From NCBI GenBank assembly GCA_963760215.1, contig CAVXCJ010000002.1, positions 3,665,920 to 3,729,919 on the forward strand: a DNA stretch of 64,000 nt, in the 5' to 3' direction. The notes beneath the pieces are model-generated. The model searched no databases, was not told the origin of the DNA, and was given only the letters and a program-made list of their open reading frames with translations. Positions 42,803 through 52,399 of the stretch are shown one piece after another. Position 1 is the stretch's first letter. Each line of letters begins with the position of its first letter. The stretch comes from Terriglobia bacterium. Lineage in GTDB: Bacteria; Acidobacteriota; Terriglobia; Terriglobales; Acidobacteriaceae. A program made the position numbers and the translations under genes.

Positions 42803-44395
42803 CTACCGGTCCATAGGCAGCGATTGTTTTTGCCAGCCGGTGAGACCGTCGCGGTAGACGACCACTTTGTTGTATCCGTGGCCAAGCAGAACGCGGCCGA
42901 CGGCGCGGCTGGCGGCGCAGACATCATTGCCGCCGCCACTTCCACCTTCGTAGAGGACAATGGTTTTGTCGCGCGGCAGCTCGGTGGCGCGGCGCTGGGC
43001 TTCGAGCAGGGGAATGTTGACCGCGCCTGGAATGCGGGCGGCGCGAAAGTCGCCGGCAGAGCGGACGTCCACGAAGACGGCGCCGCTGTGGAACAGCTTC
43101 TCCGCTTCCGCGGTGTGGATCATCGCCGGTTCAGGTCCCTGGGGGGCGTCTTCGGAGCAATCGGTGGAGCTGCCGGCGACGTTGAGGAAGGGATTGGACG
43201 CGGCGCCGAATGCGCCCAGCGAAGATGATGCGGCCTGTTCTTGCGCCGGCTTGCTCGACGATCCGCGCGGGGCAGTGGAGGGAGCGGGAGCGGCCGAAAC
43301 TTGCTTAGAAGCGGATGAGGAAGCGATCGCCTGATTCAGCATCTGCTGGAATTGGGGCATTTCGGGCGCGCCAATGATGCGCTGGTTGGCGAGAAAAAAC
43401 GTCGGCGTGCCGCGAACACCCAGGGCGCGGCCATCTTCGCGGTCACGCTGAATGACCGCCCGGGTCGCGCCGCTGCCGAGGCAGGATTGGAACATCGCGG
43501 TATCCAGGCCAAGCTCTGCGGCGTAGCGCAGCAGCGATTCGTCCTTGAGGTCTCCGTTGGCGGAATAGAAGCGCTCCAGCGACTGCCAAAACTTTCCCTG
43601 CTGGGCGGCGCACTCGCTGGCCTCGGCGGCCTTGAGGGCATAGACGTGGACGCTTTCCAGGGGGAATTGCCGGAAGACGAAGCGCACGCGGTTGCGGTAA
43701 AGGCGGCGCAATTCGCGCATCTCGGGTTCGGCGGCGACACACGACGGACACTGCAGGTCGCCGAATTCGACCAGCGTGACCGGGGCTTGCGGATTGCCGG
43801 TACTGTGGCTGTCAGGACGCACCAGGCGAGAGGCAACATCGGGGGCGCTGGGCGCGGCGGCCTCGACGGGCGCTTGTTCGCGGCTTTGGAGCCAGGTGAA
43901 GGCGCGAGAGCCGACGACGATGGCCAGCACCAGCACGAGCGCGTGACGCCAGAATGCGGCGCGGGAGCGCGCGCGATCGTCGAAGCGCGCGCCCAACAGC
44001 GTGAGGGAGACGATGAAGATGATGGTGACCGCGATGGATTGCAGCACGCACCAGGTGCACCAGGCGTGGATGATGAAGGCCTCAATCGCGGTCAGGGCGG
44101 CGGAGGCGACTACGCCCAGGGCGGCGATGACGCTAACGGCGCGGCGCAGCAGCGCGCCGGTTGCAGGCGCTACCAGCGGTTCGGCGAAGATGAGAAGCGC
44201 AAGGGTGACGTACATGACCACGCCGTACAGGGGAGTCGGCACTCCGGCGATATGGGCAAAGCGGCTGGCGCGGACCTGGTCGCAGCCGCCGCCGAGGCAG
44301 ACCATCGGCTGGGAAGGCGAGGCGTAGACCCAGAGCAGGTAAAGGGAGTCGAACAGACCCAAGAGAGTGAGCGCGAATGTGATGGAGCGGCGCAC
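42803..44395 (-). CDS. VKOR - DsbA-like thioredoxin - rhodanese triple-domain fusion protein
   Basis: 530 aa. VKOR membrane domain (loop 'CLGGGCDQV', 'HAWCTWCV'), a fifth TM, thioredoxin fold 'EFGDLQCPSCV', Ser/Ala-rich linker, and a C-terminal rhodanese-like domain ('VFVDVRSAGDFRAARIPGAVNIP ... VCAASRAVG'). Confidence 0.8.
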   Translation of the reverse strand: MRRSITFALTLLGLFDSLYLLWVYASPSQPMVCLGGGCDQVRASRFAHIAGVPTPLYGVVMYVTLALLIFAEPLVAPATGALLRRAVSVIAALGVVASAALTAIEAFIIHAWCTWCVLQSIAVTIIFIVSLTLLGARFDDRARSRAAFWRHALVLVLAIVVGSRAFTWLQSREQAPVEAAAPSAPDVASRLVRPDSHSTGNPQAPVTLVEFGDLQCPSCVAAEPEMRELRRLYRNRVRFVFRQFPLESVHVYALKAAEASECAAQQGKFWQSLERFYSANGDLKDESLLRYAAELGLDTAMFQSCLGSGATRAVIQRDREDGRALGVRGTPTFFLANQRIIGAPEMPQFQQMLNQAIASSSASKQVSAAPAPSTAPRGSSSKPAQEQAASSSLGAFGAASNPFLNVAGSSTDCSEDAPQGPEPAMIHTAEAEKLFHSGAVFVDVRSAGDFRAARIPGAVNIPLLEAQRRATELPRDKTIVLYEGGSGGGNDVCAASRAVGRVLLGHGYNKVVVYRDGLTGWQKQSLPMDR

Positions 44396-44432
44396 GGGAA
44401 ATCTACGGTCATTCTAAAACACGGAGTGAACC

Positions 44433-44556
44433 ATTGCCGATTGTCGATTGACGATTGCAGACAGCCGACTGCGTGCACACATTCATCCCAAGGTGATTCC
44501 GCGGGACTTGCCAGTTGTTGGTTGTTAGCGAAAGATATTGGCGATTGTCGGTTGAG
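44433..44556 (+). repeat. Three heptamer arrays (ATTGNCG type) in a divergent intergenic region
   Basis: ATTGCCGATTGTCGATTGACGATTGCAG (44433-44460), AGTTGTTGGTTGTTAGCG (44513-44530), ATTGGCGATTGTCGGTTGAG (44537-44556). Confidence 0.8.
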
Positions 44557-44561
44557 AAAAA

Positions 44562-44659
44562 CCCCACCCCTTCGGCTTCGCTCAGGGCAGGCTCTATCTC
44601 GCCCCTTCGACTGCGTTCCAGAACAGGGTCCCCCAGGGCGAGATAAGGGTGGGGCAACC
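44562..44659 (+). repeat. Composite repeat (core nested in GGGCGAGATAAGGGTGGGGCAACC hairpin)
   Basis: CCCCACCCCTTCGGCTTCGCTCAGGGCAGGCTCTATCTCGCCC...GGGCGAGATAAGGGTGGGGCAACC. Same architecture as 15723 and 20161. Confidence 0.85.
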
Positions 44660-44681
44660 ACGTCCGGCCGGAGGAGCAACC

Positions 44682-45053
44682 ATGGAAGTCGTGAATGTGG
44701 CGCAGAAGCTGGCGCAGTTTTCCGAGTACTGGTCGCCGAAGATTGCCGGCGAGGTGAACGATTCCTACGTCAAGCTGGTGAAGTTCAAGGGTGAGTTTGT
44801 CTGGCACCACCACGAGCAGGAAGACGAACTGTTCCTGGTAATTCGCGGAAGGTTGCGGATGAAGTTACGCGAGCATGGCGTGGAGCGGGAGGAGACGATC
44901 CTGCCGGGGGAGTTCATCATCGTGCCGCGCGGGCTGGAGCACATGCCGATCGCGGACGAGGAAGTCGAGGTTATGCTGCTGGAGCCGAAGTCCACGCTGA
45001 ACACGGGGAATGTGCGGAATGAACGGACGCGGGAAAAGCTGCAGCGGATCTGA
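44682..45053 (+). CDS. Cupin-domain protein
   Basis: 123 aa. GGAGGAG SD 6 nt upstream. 'FVWHHHEQEDELFLVIRGRL' and 'IVPRGLEHMP' cupin motifs. Confidence 0.75.
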   Translation: MEVVNVAQKLAQFSEYWSPKIAGEVNDSYVKLVKFKGEFVWHHHEQEDELFLVIRGRLRMKLREHGVEREETILPGEFIIVPRGLEHMPIADEEVEVMLLEPKSTLNTGNVRNERTREKLQRI

Positions 45054-45112
45054 ACCGCTGCCAGTTTGGTGACCGAAGTGCCTTCGGACGGTTCAGGCGA
45101 TCTGTAAGAATA

Positions 45113-45165
45113 GGGGTCCTTCGACTCGGACGCCCAAAAGCAGGGCTTCCTCGCTCAGGATGACA
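45113..45165 (+). repeat. GC-rich repeat unit (GGGGTCCTTCGACTCGG...CTCGCTCAGGATGACA)
   Basis: Termini identical to the units at 17034, 28549 and 42721. + orientation. Confidence 0.85.
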
Positions 45166-45329
45166 GCCGTGTTTAAGCTGCTTACCATTTATGCTGCCGC
45201 GGTGTACCTGAACGAGCAACGTGCAGCTTTGCGCCCTGCGCCTGAAGCCTTGCCACATAAGCTTTCTGAAGCCGGCTCGTCACCCGCCGCATCTTATTCA
45301 CAGAGCGCAATTTGGAGTCCCAGCCCGGT

Positions 45330-45358
45330 TTGTCTTTTGCCCCTCTGAGGCGTATATT
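45330..45358 (+). promoter_or_regulatory. Candidate sigma70-type promoter of the rimP-nusA-infB operon
   Basis: TTGTCT (45330-45335), 17-nt spacer, TATATT (45353-45358), about 100 nt upstream of the rimP ATG. Confidence 0.4.
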
Positions 45359-45400
45359 TGTACGCGACTGCTGTGTCGGGCAGCTTCGGCGACGATAACC

Positions 45401-45426
45401 AGTGGGCGCGAGCCCACTTTTTATTT
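45401..45426 (+). terminator. Intrinsic-terminator-like hairpin in the rimP leader (possible attenuator)
   Basis: AGTGGGC-GCGA-GCCCACT followed by TTTTATTT. It lies between the candidate promoter and the rimP ATG (45457). Confidence 0.5.
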
Positions 45427-45456
45427 GAGCTGTCCCCAGCCGGTCAGAGCACGAAA

Positions 45457-45927
45457 ATGGCGATCGAGCTGGAGCACGTGCGGCAAATTGCCGAGCGCGT
45501 CACCGCATCCCAAGGTCTGGAACTGGTGGATGTCGAGTTCCGGGGCGGCGGCAAGGCCCGCCTGCTGCGATTGTTCATTGATAAGCCGGGCGGCGTTACG
45601 CACGAGGATTGCGCGTTCGTCAGCCGCGAGCTGGGGACCATCCTCGATGTCGAGGACGCGATCCCTGGTTCGTACACGCTGGAGGTCTCTTCGCCGGGGC
45701 TGGATCGCAAGCTGGTCAAGGCGGCTGATTTCGAGCGCTTCGCCGGCAGCCGCGTTCGCCTGAGCACGTGCGAGCCGGTGGAGGGCAGCCGTCACTTTGA
45801 AGGACGGTTGCAGGGCCTGCGAGATGGACGCGTCGCGCTGGAGGTCGGCAGCAAGAAGGCGCCGGCGCACGCGGTCGAGATCGAGTTGGGCAACGTCGAA
45901 CGGGCGAGCCTGGTTCCGGAGTTCTGA
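45457..45927 (+). CDS. rimP: Ribosome maturation factor RimP
   Basis: 156 aa. 'LELVDVEF...LLRLFIDKPGGVTHEDC...LEVSSPGLDRKL'. Conserved position upstream of nusA. Confidence 0.88.
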   Translation: MAIELEHVRQIAERVTASQGLELVDVEFRGGGKARLLRLFIDKPGGVTHEDCAFVSRELGTILDVEDAIPGSYTLEVSSPGLDRKLVKAADFERFAGSRVRLSTCEPVEGSRHFEGRLQGLRDGRVALEVGSKKAPAHAVEIELGNVERASLVPEF

Positions 45928-45930
45928 AGC

Positions 45931-46002
45931 AGTCGTTAGTCGTTGATCGTTGGCCGCATCGAGCAACATTCCGGTGACCGACTAACGACGAACGACCAAC
46001 GA
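45931..46002 (+). repeat. Periodic-arm hairpin, heptamer GTCGTTN
   Basis: Left AGTCGTTAGTCGTTGATCGTTGGCC (45931-45955). Right GACCGACTAACGACGAACGACCAACGA (45976-46002). It fills the rimP-nusA gap. Confidence 0.9.
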
Positions 46003-46012
46003 CAGGATTGTT

Positions 46013-47596
46013 ATGGCAAGCGAGCTTTTCAACACCATTGACGCACTCAGCCGTGAGAAGGGGATCGACCCGCAGATTGTAGTCAGCGCGGTGGAAGACG
46101 CCATTGTGGTCGCCACCCGCAAGTACTACAAGACGCAGGAAAACTTGCGCGCCGAGCTGGACAAGGACACCGGCCAGATCCGTGCCTTCGTGGTCAAGCA
46201 GGTGGTGGAAAGCGCCGCGCAGATCGAAGACGCGACCAACCAGATCACGATTGATGACGCCCGCCGCCTCGATCCCAAAGCCGAGATCGGCGGCGAGTTG
46301 CGCATCCCGAAAGCCACCGACGTGCTGGGCCGCATTGCGGCCCAACTGGCCAAACAAGTCATCTTCCAAAAAGTACGCGAGGCCGAGCGCGACACGGTTT
46401 ACAACGAGTACATCGGCCGCGTGAACGAGGTCGTCAACGCCACCGTCAAGCGCGTCGAGGGGCCGGACCTGATCTTTGATATCGGCAAAGCCGAAGCCCG
46501 CATGCCGCGCAAGGAGCAGTCGCGGCTGGAATCGTTTGCCCCCGGCGAGCGTGTCCGCGCCGTCATCATCCGCGTCGAAAAGGCCGCCAAGGGCCCGCAG
46601 GTGATCGTCTCGCGCGCCGTGCCGGATCTGGTGCAGCACCTCTTCCAGACCGAGGTGCCGGAAATTTACGACGGCACCGTGGTCATCCGCGCCATTGCGC
46701 GCGAAGCCGGCGAGCGCACCAAGATTGCGGTGATGTCGAAGGACAAGGACGTGGACGCCGTCGGCGCCTGCGTGGGCATGAAGGGCATGCGCGTGCAGTC
46801 CATCATTCGCGAGCTGCGCGGCGAGAAGATTGACATCATCGAGTACCACGAAGATGCGGTCACCTTCGCCGAAAAGGCCTTGCAGCCCGCCAAGGTCAGC
46901 CGCGTCAGCGTGCTCGATACCGGCGAGAAGCACCTGGAAGTTATTGTGGACGATAGCCAGCTCTCGCTCGCCATCGGCAAGAAGGGCCAGAACGTTCGCC
47001 TGGCCGCCAAGCTGCTCGGCTGGAAAATTGATATCAAGAGCGAGGAAGAGAAGCGCCAGGAGGTCGAGCAGCAGATGTCGGCGCTGGTCGGAACCCAGGC
47101 CACGCCGCTGTCGGTGGTGCCTGATCTCGGCGAAGGCCTGCTGGAGAAGCTGACGGCCGCCGGCGTTTCCACTGTCGAGCAGTTGGCCGACATGACGCCG
47201 GAGCAACTCGAGGCAATTCCCGGCATCGGCCCCAAGACAGTGGAAAAAATCAGCATTGCGGTCAATAATTATTTTTCCAGCCTGGAAAGCGGAGAGGTTC
47301 CGTCGGCCGCGCCGGATTTAGACGCCTCTGACGACCTCCCTGTCCCGGGCGAGCAGGGTGCCCTGCCGCCGGAAGATGTCGGCCCCGATGCCGGCGGTGA
47401 GGCGGGCGATACCGAGGGCTTGGCGCAGGATTCTGCCGCGTCACCGCAGAGTGCGAGCGAGTTGGCGGAAGAGGGCCAGGACCTGGAAGCGGGAACCGTC
47501 AGCGGGGTGGAGAACGCTCCTCCTGCCGGCGAGGCGGAAGCCACGACGCAGGACCAGCATCCTGACGCAGAAGATGTTCCGAAGGAAGAGCAGTAA
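46013..47596 (+). CDS. nusA: Transcription termination/antitermination factor NusA (acidic C-terminal extension)
   Basis: 527 aa. S1/KH regions 'GERVRAVIIRV' and 'ACVGMKGMRVQSIIREL', an HhH-type repeat, and an acidic low-complexity tail. Confidence 0.95.
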   Translation: MASELFNTIDALSREKGIDPQIVVSAVEDAIVVATRKYYKTQENLRAELDKDTGQIRAFVVKQVVESAAQIEDATNQITIDDARRLDPKAEIGGELRIPKATDVLGRIAAQLAKQVIFQKVREAERDTVYNEYIGRVNEVVNATVKRVEGPDLIFDIGKAEARMPRKEQSRLESFAPGERVRAVIIRVEKAAKGPQVIVSRAVPDLVQHLFQTEVPEIYDGTVVIRAIAREAGERTKIAVMSKDKDVDAVGACVGMKGMRVQSIIRELRGEKIDIIEYHEDAVTFAEKALQPAKVSRVSVLDTGEKHLEVIVDDSQLSLAIGKKGQNVRLAAKLLGWKIDIKSEEEKRQEVEQQMSALVGTQATPLSVVPDLGEGLLEKLTAAGVSTVEQLADMTPEQLEAIPGIGPKTVEKISIAVNNYFSSLESGEVPSAAPDLDASDDLPVPGEQGALPPEDVGPDAGGEAGDTEGLAQDSAASPQSASELAEEGQDLEAGTVSGVENAPPAGEAEATTQDQHPDAEDVPKEEQ

Positions 47597-47676
47597 CCCC
47601 GTCGTGAGTCACCAAATTTGAACCGTGAGGTAGCTATGAGGACATAGCGCGGCGCACGGAGGAAAAAGAAGCTCGG

Positions 47677-50589
47677 ATGGTAGACACCTCTAAGATTCGA
47701 ATCAACGACCTGGCCCGGGAACTGGAAGTCAAGAGCAAGGCGATTCTCGATGCTCTGCCGAAGGTTGGCGTCACCGAAAAGAAAACGCATTCCAGTTCCA
47801 TCTCCGTCGAAGAAGCGGAAAAAGTGCGCCAGCACTTTCAAGCGGACAACAACGGGCAGGGCGGTGCGGCGCGTGCCGCGCGCCCGCGGCCGGACGACAT
47901 CAAGACCAAGGTCGATCTCTCGCACATCTCCAAGCCCGGCGATGTTCTGAAGGCGCTGCAGCAAACGCAGCATCCCGCCGCCCCGGCTGCGCCGCGTCCC
48001 ATGGCGGTTCCGCCGCGCGCCCCCGAGATTGCGAAGCCTGCCATCCAGACCCCGGTCGCCAAGGCTCCGGTCGCCGTGCCTCCGCCGCCGAAGCCGGCCG
48101 CGCCGCCCGAGCCGGTGGCGCCCCCGCCGCGTTTGGTGAAGCCTGCCGAGGCTCCCGTGCGCCCGGTCTACCGCGCTCCGGAACCACCGCCGGCGGCGGA
48201 ACCGGAGCCTGAGGTTGAAATTCCAGAAGTGATCTCCGAGCCCATCCTTGCCGAAGTAGAAAGGCCCGCTGCCTCTGTGCCCATGCCACTCATAAGCGCT
48301 TCTCCCGTTGCGCCGCCTGTCGCCCAGGCTCCGCCCATGCAAGTTGCGCCGCCGCAAACCGCGCACCCCAAGCCGCCGGCTGCGCCGCCGCGGCGTGTCA
48401 TTGTTCCGCAGACCGGCCCGCGCCCGGTTTACACCGCGCCGCCGCAGATCGAGCGGCCCGCTGCCAGCACCCCGCGCCCTGCGCCCGGCCGCCCAGTGCC
48501 CGGTCAACCGATTTTCCAGCGTCCGCGTCCCGCCGCGCCAGGATCGCGTCCGCCGCTGCGTCCGGGCGAACGCCGCCCGATGCATCCCACGCGCCAGTCT
48601 CCTACCGGCGCGCGTCCCCTGGGCGTTGGCCCGGGCGCTCCCGCCGCGCCGCCGAGCGGACGTCCCGCGGGACGACCCGCGCCGTCGCGCCGTCCCGGTC
48701 AGCGCTACGTTCCTCGCGGGGTGAAGGAAGGCCCGATGAAGGGCTTTGTTCCTCCGCCGCGGCTGATGATATCCAACGAGCCGCTGCCGATCACGCGCGA
48801 GATCACGATCACCGAAGGCATCAGCGTGAAGGATCTGGCGGAGAAGCTCGGCATTCGCGCCAAGGACCTGATCACGCGCTTGCTCGCGCGCGGCGTCTTC
48901 GCCACCGTGAACCAGACGCTGGACGCCAACCTGGCCGGCGACATGGCCCGGCAGTTCGGCGCCGACACCAACATCATCACCTTCGAGCAGCAGGCCGCCG
49001 CCGAGGTTGCGCAGGCCGAAGCCGCCACCGCCGAACAGGGCAGCGTCGGCGCCGTGCCGCGTTCCCCGGTGGTCACCATCATGGGTCACGTGGACCATGG
49101 CAAGACCACGCTGCTGGATTCCATCCGCCACGCCAATGTCGCCGAAGGCGAGGCCGGCGGCATCACGCAGCACATCGGCGCCTACAAGGTCACCATCACC
49201 GACACCAACTCGCCTGCGTATGGCCGCCAGATCGTGTTCATCGACACGCCCGGCCACGAGGCCTTCACCCGCATGCGCGCCCGCGGCGCCAAGGTCACCG
49301 ATATTGTCGTGCTCGTGGTCGCCGCCGACGACGGCGTCATGCCCCAGACTCTGGAGGCCATGGACCACGCCAAGGCCGCCGCCGTGCCCATCATCGTTGC
49401 GGTCAACAAGATTGATAAGCCCGACGCCTTGCCCGAGCGCGTCAAGAAGCAACTGGCGGATCGCGGCCTGATGCCGGAAGACTGGGGCGGCACCACGGTT
49501 TTCGTGGACGTCTCCGCCAAGCAGAAGAAGAACCTGAACCTGCTGATGGAGATGATCTGCCTGGTCGCCGACCTGCAGGAGCTGAAGGCCAATCCCGAGC
49601 GCTCCGCCACCGGCACCGTGATGGAGGCCAAGCTCGACCGCGGCCGCGGCAGCGTCGCCACCGTGCTCGTCGCCGACGGTACGCTGCGCACCGGCGACAA
49701 CTTCGTCGTCGGCAACACTTTTGGCAAGGTCCGCGCCATGTTCGACGATCGGGCTAACGCGCTCGACGAAGCGCCGCCTTCAACCCCGGTCGAACTGCTC
49801 GGACTGGAAGGCCTGCCGCAGGCGGGCGACCAGTTCGTGGTGGTCGCCGACCGCGAAAAAGCCCGCGGCATTTCCGAGTACCGCGAGCAGAAGGCGCGCG
49901 AAGCCACGCTGGCCAAGAGCTCGCGCGTATCGCTGGAAGGTCTGGCCGAGCAGCTCAAGAGCGCCGGCATCAAGGACCTCAACGTCATCCTCAAGGCCGA
50001 CGTGCAGGGCTCCGTTGAAGTGCTGAGCGACCTGCTCGCCAAGCAGTCCACCGACATGGTGAAGGTGAAGCTTCTGCACAGCGGCGTCGGCGCCATCACC
50101 GAAACCGACGTGCTGCTGGCCTCGGCGTCGAACGCCATCATCATCGGCTTCAGCGTCCGGCCGGAACGCAAGGCCTCGGAGATCGCCGAGCAGGAGAAGG
50201 TGGACATCCGCCTGCACTCCATCATCTACGAGTTGCAAGACGAAATCCGCAAGGCCATCACCGGCATGCTGGAGCCGGTCTTCAAGGAGAACTACCAGGG
50301 GCGCGCCGAAGTGCGCGATACCTTCCGCATTCCGAAGGTCGGCACCGTCGCCGGCTGCTACATGCAGGATGGCTTGATCAAGCGCGATTCCGAGGTCCGG
50401 CTGCTGCGCGACAACGTGGTCGTCTTCAAGGGCAAGATCTCCTCGCTGCGCCGCTTCAAGGAGGACGTCTCGGAAGTCCGCAACGGCCTGGAGTGCGGCA
50501 TCGCCATCCAGAACTACGGCGACGTCAAAGTCGGCGACGTCATCGAGGCCTTTGTCACCGAGCGCGTGGCCGCGGAATTGACGGCGTAA
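47677..50589 (+). CDS. infB: Translation initiation factor IF-2
   Basis: 970 aa. Pro/Ala-rich N-region, G domain '[12 protein letters not shown]', 'DTPGHEAF', 'NKIDKP'. Confidence 0.97.
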   Translation: MVDTSKIRINDLARELEVKSKAILDALPKVGVTEKKTHSSSISVEEAEKVRQHFQADNNGQGGAARAARPRPDDIKTKVDLSHISKPGDVLKALQQTQHPAAPAAPRPMAVPPRAPEIAKPAIQTPVAKAPVAVPPPPKPAAPPEPVAPPPRLVKPAEAPVRPVYRAPEPPPAAEPEPEVEIPEVISEPILAEVERPAASVPMPLISASPVAPPVAQAPPMQVAPPQTAHPKPPAAPPRRVIVPQTGPRPVYTAPPQIERPAASTPRPAPGRPVPGQPIFQRPRPAAPGSRPPLRPGERRPMHPTRQSPTGARPLGVGPGAPAAPPSGRPAGRPAPSRRPGQRYVPRGVKEGPMKGFVPPPRLMISNEPLPITREITITEGISVKDLAEKLGIRAKDLITRLLARGVFATVNQTLDANLAGDMARQFGADTNIITFEQQAAAEVAQAEAATAEQGSVGAVPRSPVVTIMGHVDHGKTTLLDSIRHANVAEGEAGGITQHIGAYKVTITDTNSPAYGRQIVFIDTPGHEAFTRMRARGAKVTDIVVLVVAADDGVMPQTLEAMDHAKAAAVPIIVAVNKIDKPDALPERVKKQLADRGLMPEDWGGTTVFVDVSAKQKKNLNLLMEMICLVADLQELKANPERSATGTVMEAKLDRGRGSVATVLVADGTLRTGDNFVVGNTFGKVRAMFDDRANALDEAPPSTPVELLGLEGLPQAGDQFVVVADREKARGISEYREQKAREATLAKSSRVSLEGLAEQLKSAGIKDLNVILKADVQGSVEVLSDLLAKQSTDMVKVKLLHSGVGAITETDVLLASASNAIIIGFSVRPERKASEIAEQEKVDIRLHSIIYELQDEIRKAITGMLEPVFKENYQGRAEVRDTFRIPKVGTVAGCYMQDGLIKRDSEVRLLRDNVVVFKGKISSLRRFKEDVSEVRNGLECGIAIQNYGDVKVGDVIEAFVTERVAAELTA

Positions 50590-50593
50590 GAAC

Positions 50594-50663
50594 GGTGGTC
50601 AGTGGTTAGTGGCCAGTGGTCGGTGGTTTGCTGGCCACTGAGCACCGGCCACTGACCACTGAC
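50594..50663 (+). repeat. Periodic-arm hairpin, heptamer AGTGGYC
   Basis: Left GGTGGTCAGTGGTTAGTGGCCAGTGGTCGGTGG. Right GGCCACTGAGCACCGGCCACTGACCACTGAC. The right arm ends one base before the ATG at 50664. Confidence 0.9.
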
Positions 50664-50951
50664 ATGATCGCTTTTCTAACAATTGAACTTCGCATCGAAG
50701 CGGCGCACTCCCTCAAGGACAAGCGCCAGGTGCTGCGCAGCCTCAAGGACAAGCTGCGCGCCAGCTTCAACGTGTCGGTGGCGGAACTGGACGCGACCGA
50801 CTTGTGGCAGCGGGCGACCGTGGGTGTGGTAAGTATTTCCGGGTCGCGCGACTACCTGCGCGGCCTGATGGAAAAAGTGGAGCGCGCGGCCACCAGAATT
50901 ACCAATAATGCCGGAGCAGAAATCACCGATTCCTTCATCGAATACTTCTAG
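50664..50951 (+). CDS. DUF503 (YlxP-like) protein
   Basis: 95 aa. 'LRIEAAHSLKDKRQVLRSLKDKLRASFNVSVAELD'. Conserved infB-rbfA operon position. Confidence 0.75.
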   Translation: MIAFLTIELRIEAAHSLKDKRQVLRSLKDKLRASFNVSVAELDATDLWQRATVGVVSISGSRDYLRGLMEKVERAATRITNNAGAEITDSFIEYF

Positions 50952-51023
50952 CCATTAGCCGTTCGCCATTGGCCATGGGCAACAAAGAACGGTCCTAACG
51001 GCCCAAGGCCAATGGCCAACGGC
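50951..51023 (+). repeat. Periodic-arm hairpin, heptamer GCCRTTN
   Basis: Left GCCATTAGCCGTTCGCCATTGGCCATGGGC. Right GGTCCTAACGGCCCAAGGCCAATGGCCAACGGC. It fills the DUF503-rbfA gap. Confidence 0.9.
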
Positions 51024-51032
51024 TGATTTCTT

Positions 51033-51395
51033 ATGGAACACCGCAACGCACAACATCATTACGATCGCCTCGGCGAGACCCTGCGCGAGGAGATCTCCGC
51101 CATGATCGAGGGCGAACTCACCGACCCCCGCATCGGCCTGGCCACGGTCACCGACGTCAGAATGTCGCCCGACGGCAAGTCCGCCCACGTCTCCATCAAT
51201 GTAGCGGGCGACGACCAAGAGGCGGAGCAGACCCTGGAGGGTCTGGAAGCCGCCCGCAACTATATCCGGCACGAGCTTTTGGACCGTTTAAGGATTCGTC
51301 ATGCGCCCGATCTGTTTTTTCATCTGGACAGGTCGCAACAGTTGGAGACTAGAATTGACGAGTTACTCCGGCGAGTGAAAAAGCGGAGAAGGTAA
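51033..51395 (+). CDS. rbfA: Ribosome-binding factor A
   Basis: 120 aa. 'RLGETLREEISAMI...DPRIGLATVTDVRMSPDGKSAHVSI'. Confidence 0.9.
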   Translation: MEHRNAQHHYDRLGETLREEISAMIEGELTDPRIGLATVTDVRMSPDGKSAHVSINVAGDDQEAEQTLEGLEAARNYIRHELLDRLRIRHAPDLFFHLDRSQQLETRIDELLRRVKKRRR

Positions 51396-51427
51396 CCCGC
51401 CCGGCGGGACTCAGGACGATTCGGCCC

Positions 51428-52384
51428 GTGGGAGAGAAGCTCAACGCGATTCTGGCGGAGATCGGACGGCGGGACCGCTTTGTCCTCACCTCGCATGCGC
51501 GTCCCGACGGCGATGCCATCGGCTCCGTGCTCGCCTGCTGCGAGATCCTCCGCCGCATGGGCAAGCAGGCGGAAGTCGTGCTCAACGGCGCCGTGCCGCA
51601 CATCTACCGCCCGCTTCCTTTCGCCGATTCCGTCATTAACGCGCAGGCCATCAACGGCCACTACGAAGCCGCGATCGTGCTGGAGTGCGACAGTATCCAG
51701 CGCGCCAACCTGGAAGGACTGGAAAAACAGTTTCTCATCAACATTGATCACCACGTCAGCGGGCAGCCGTTTGCGCACGTCAACTGGATCGATCCCAGCG
51801 CCTGCGCCACCGCCGAGTTGATTTACCGGCTGGCGCGCGCCGCCAATGTACCCATCTGCCCCAACGTCGCCACCTGCCTCTACACCGCCGTCCTGACCGA
51901 CACCGGCGCGTTCTGCTACGTCGGCACCAGCGAACGGACCTTTGCCCTGGCGCAGGAGCTGGTGCGCGCCGGCGCCGATCCCGCGCGCATCGCGCAGAAT
52001 ATTTATTTTTCCGTGCCCACGTCGAAAATTCGCCTGCTCGGCGCCGCGCTTTCCGGCCTGCATCGCGACGGCGACCTGGCGTGGATGGCCGTCAACCGCG
52101 AGCAAATGGAGCGCTGCGGAGCGATTGACGAAGATTGTGAAGGGCTGGTGAATTACGCCCTCGGAATCGAAGGCGTGGAGGTCGCGGTCTTCTTCCGCGA
52201 ACTGGCCGACCGGCGCTGGCGCGTCAGCCTGCGCAGCAAGGGCGCGGTCGATGTCTCCCACGTCGCCGCCCGCTTCGGCGGCGGAGGCCACTTCTGCGCC
52301 AGCGGCTGCGCCCTCGATGGCCCCGTCTCCGTCGCCGCCGAACGCATTCTCGCCCAGCTCCGCATGGAGCGGAAAACTGTATGA
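51428..52384 (+). CDS. DHH-family phosphoesterase (NrnA-like oligoribonuclease / pAp phosphatase)
   Basis: 318 aa, GTG start. 'HARPDGDAIGS', 'NIDHHVS', DHHA1 'GGGGHFCASG'. Confidence 0.85.
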   Translation: MGEKLNAILAEIGRRDRFVLTSHARPDGDAIGSVLACCEILRRMGKQAEVVLNGAVPHIYRPLPFADSVINAQAINGHYEAAIVLECDSIQRANLEGLEKQFLINIDHHVSGQPFAHVNWIDPSACATAELIYRLARAANVPICPNVATCLYTAVLTDTGAFCYVGTSERTFALAQELVRAGADPARIAQNIYFSVPTSKIRLLGAALSGLHRDGDLAWMAVNREQMERCGAIDEDCEGLVNYALGIEGVEVAVFFRELADRRWRVSLRSKGAVDVSHVAARFGGGGHFCASGCALDGPVSVAAERILAQLRMERKTV

Positions 52385-52399
52385 TCATAGCCGCGGTGA

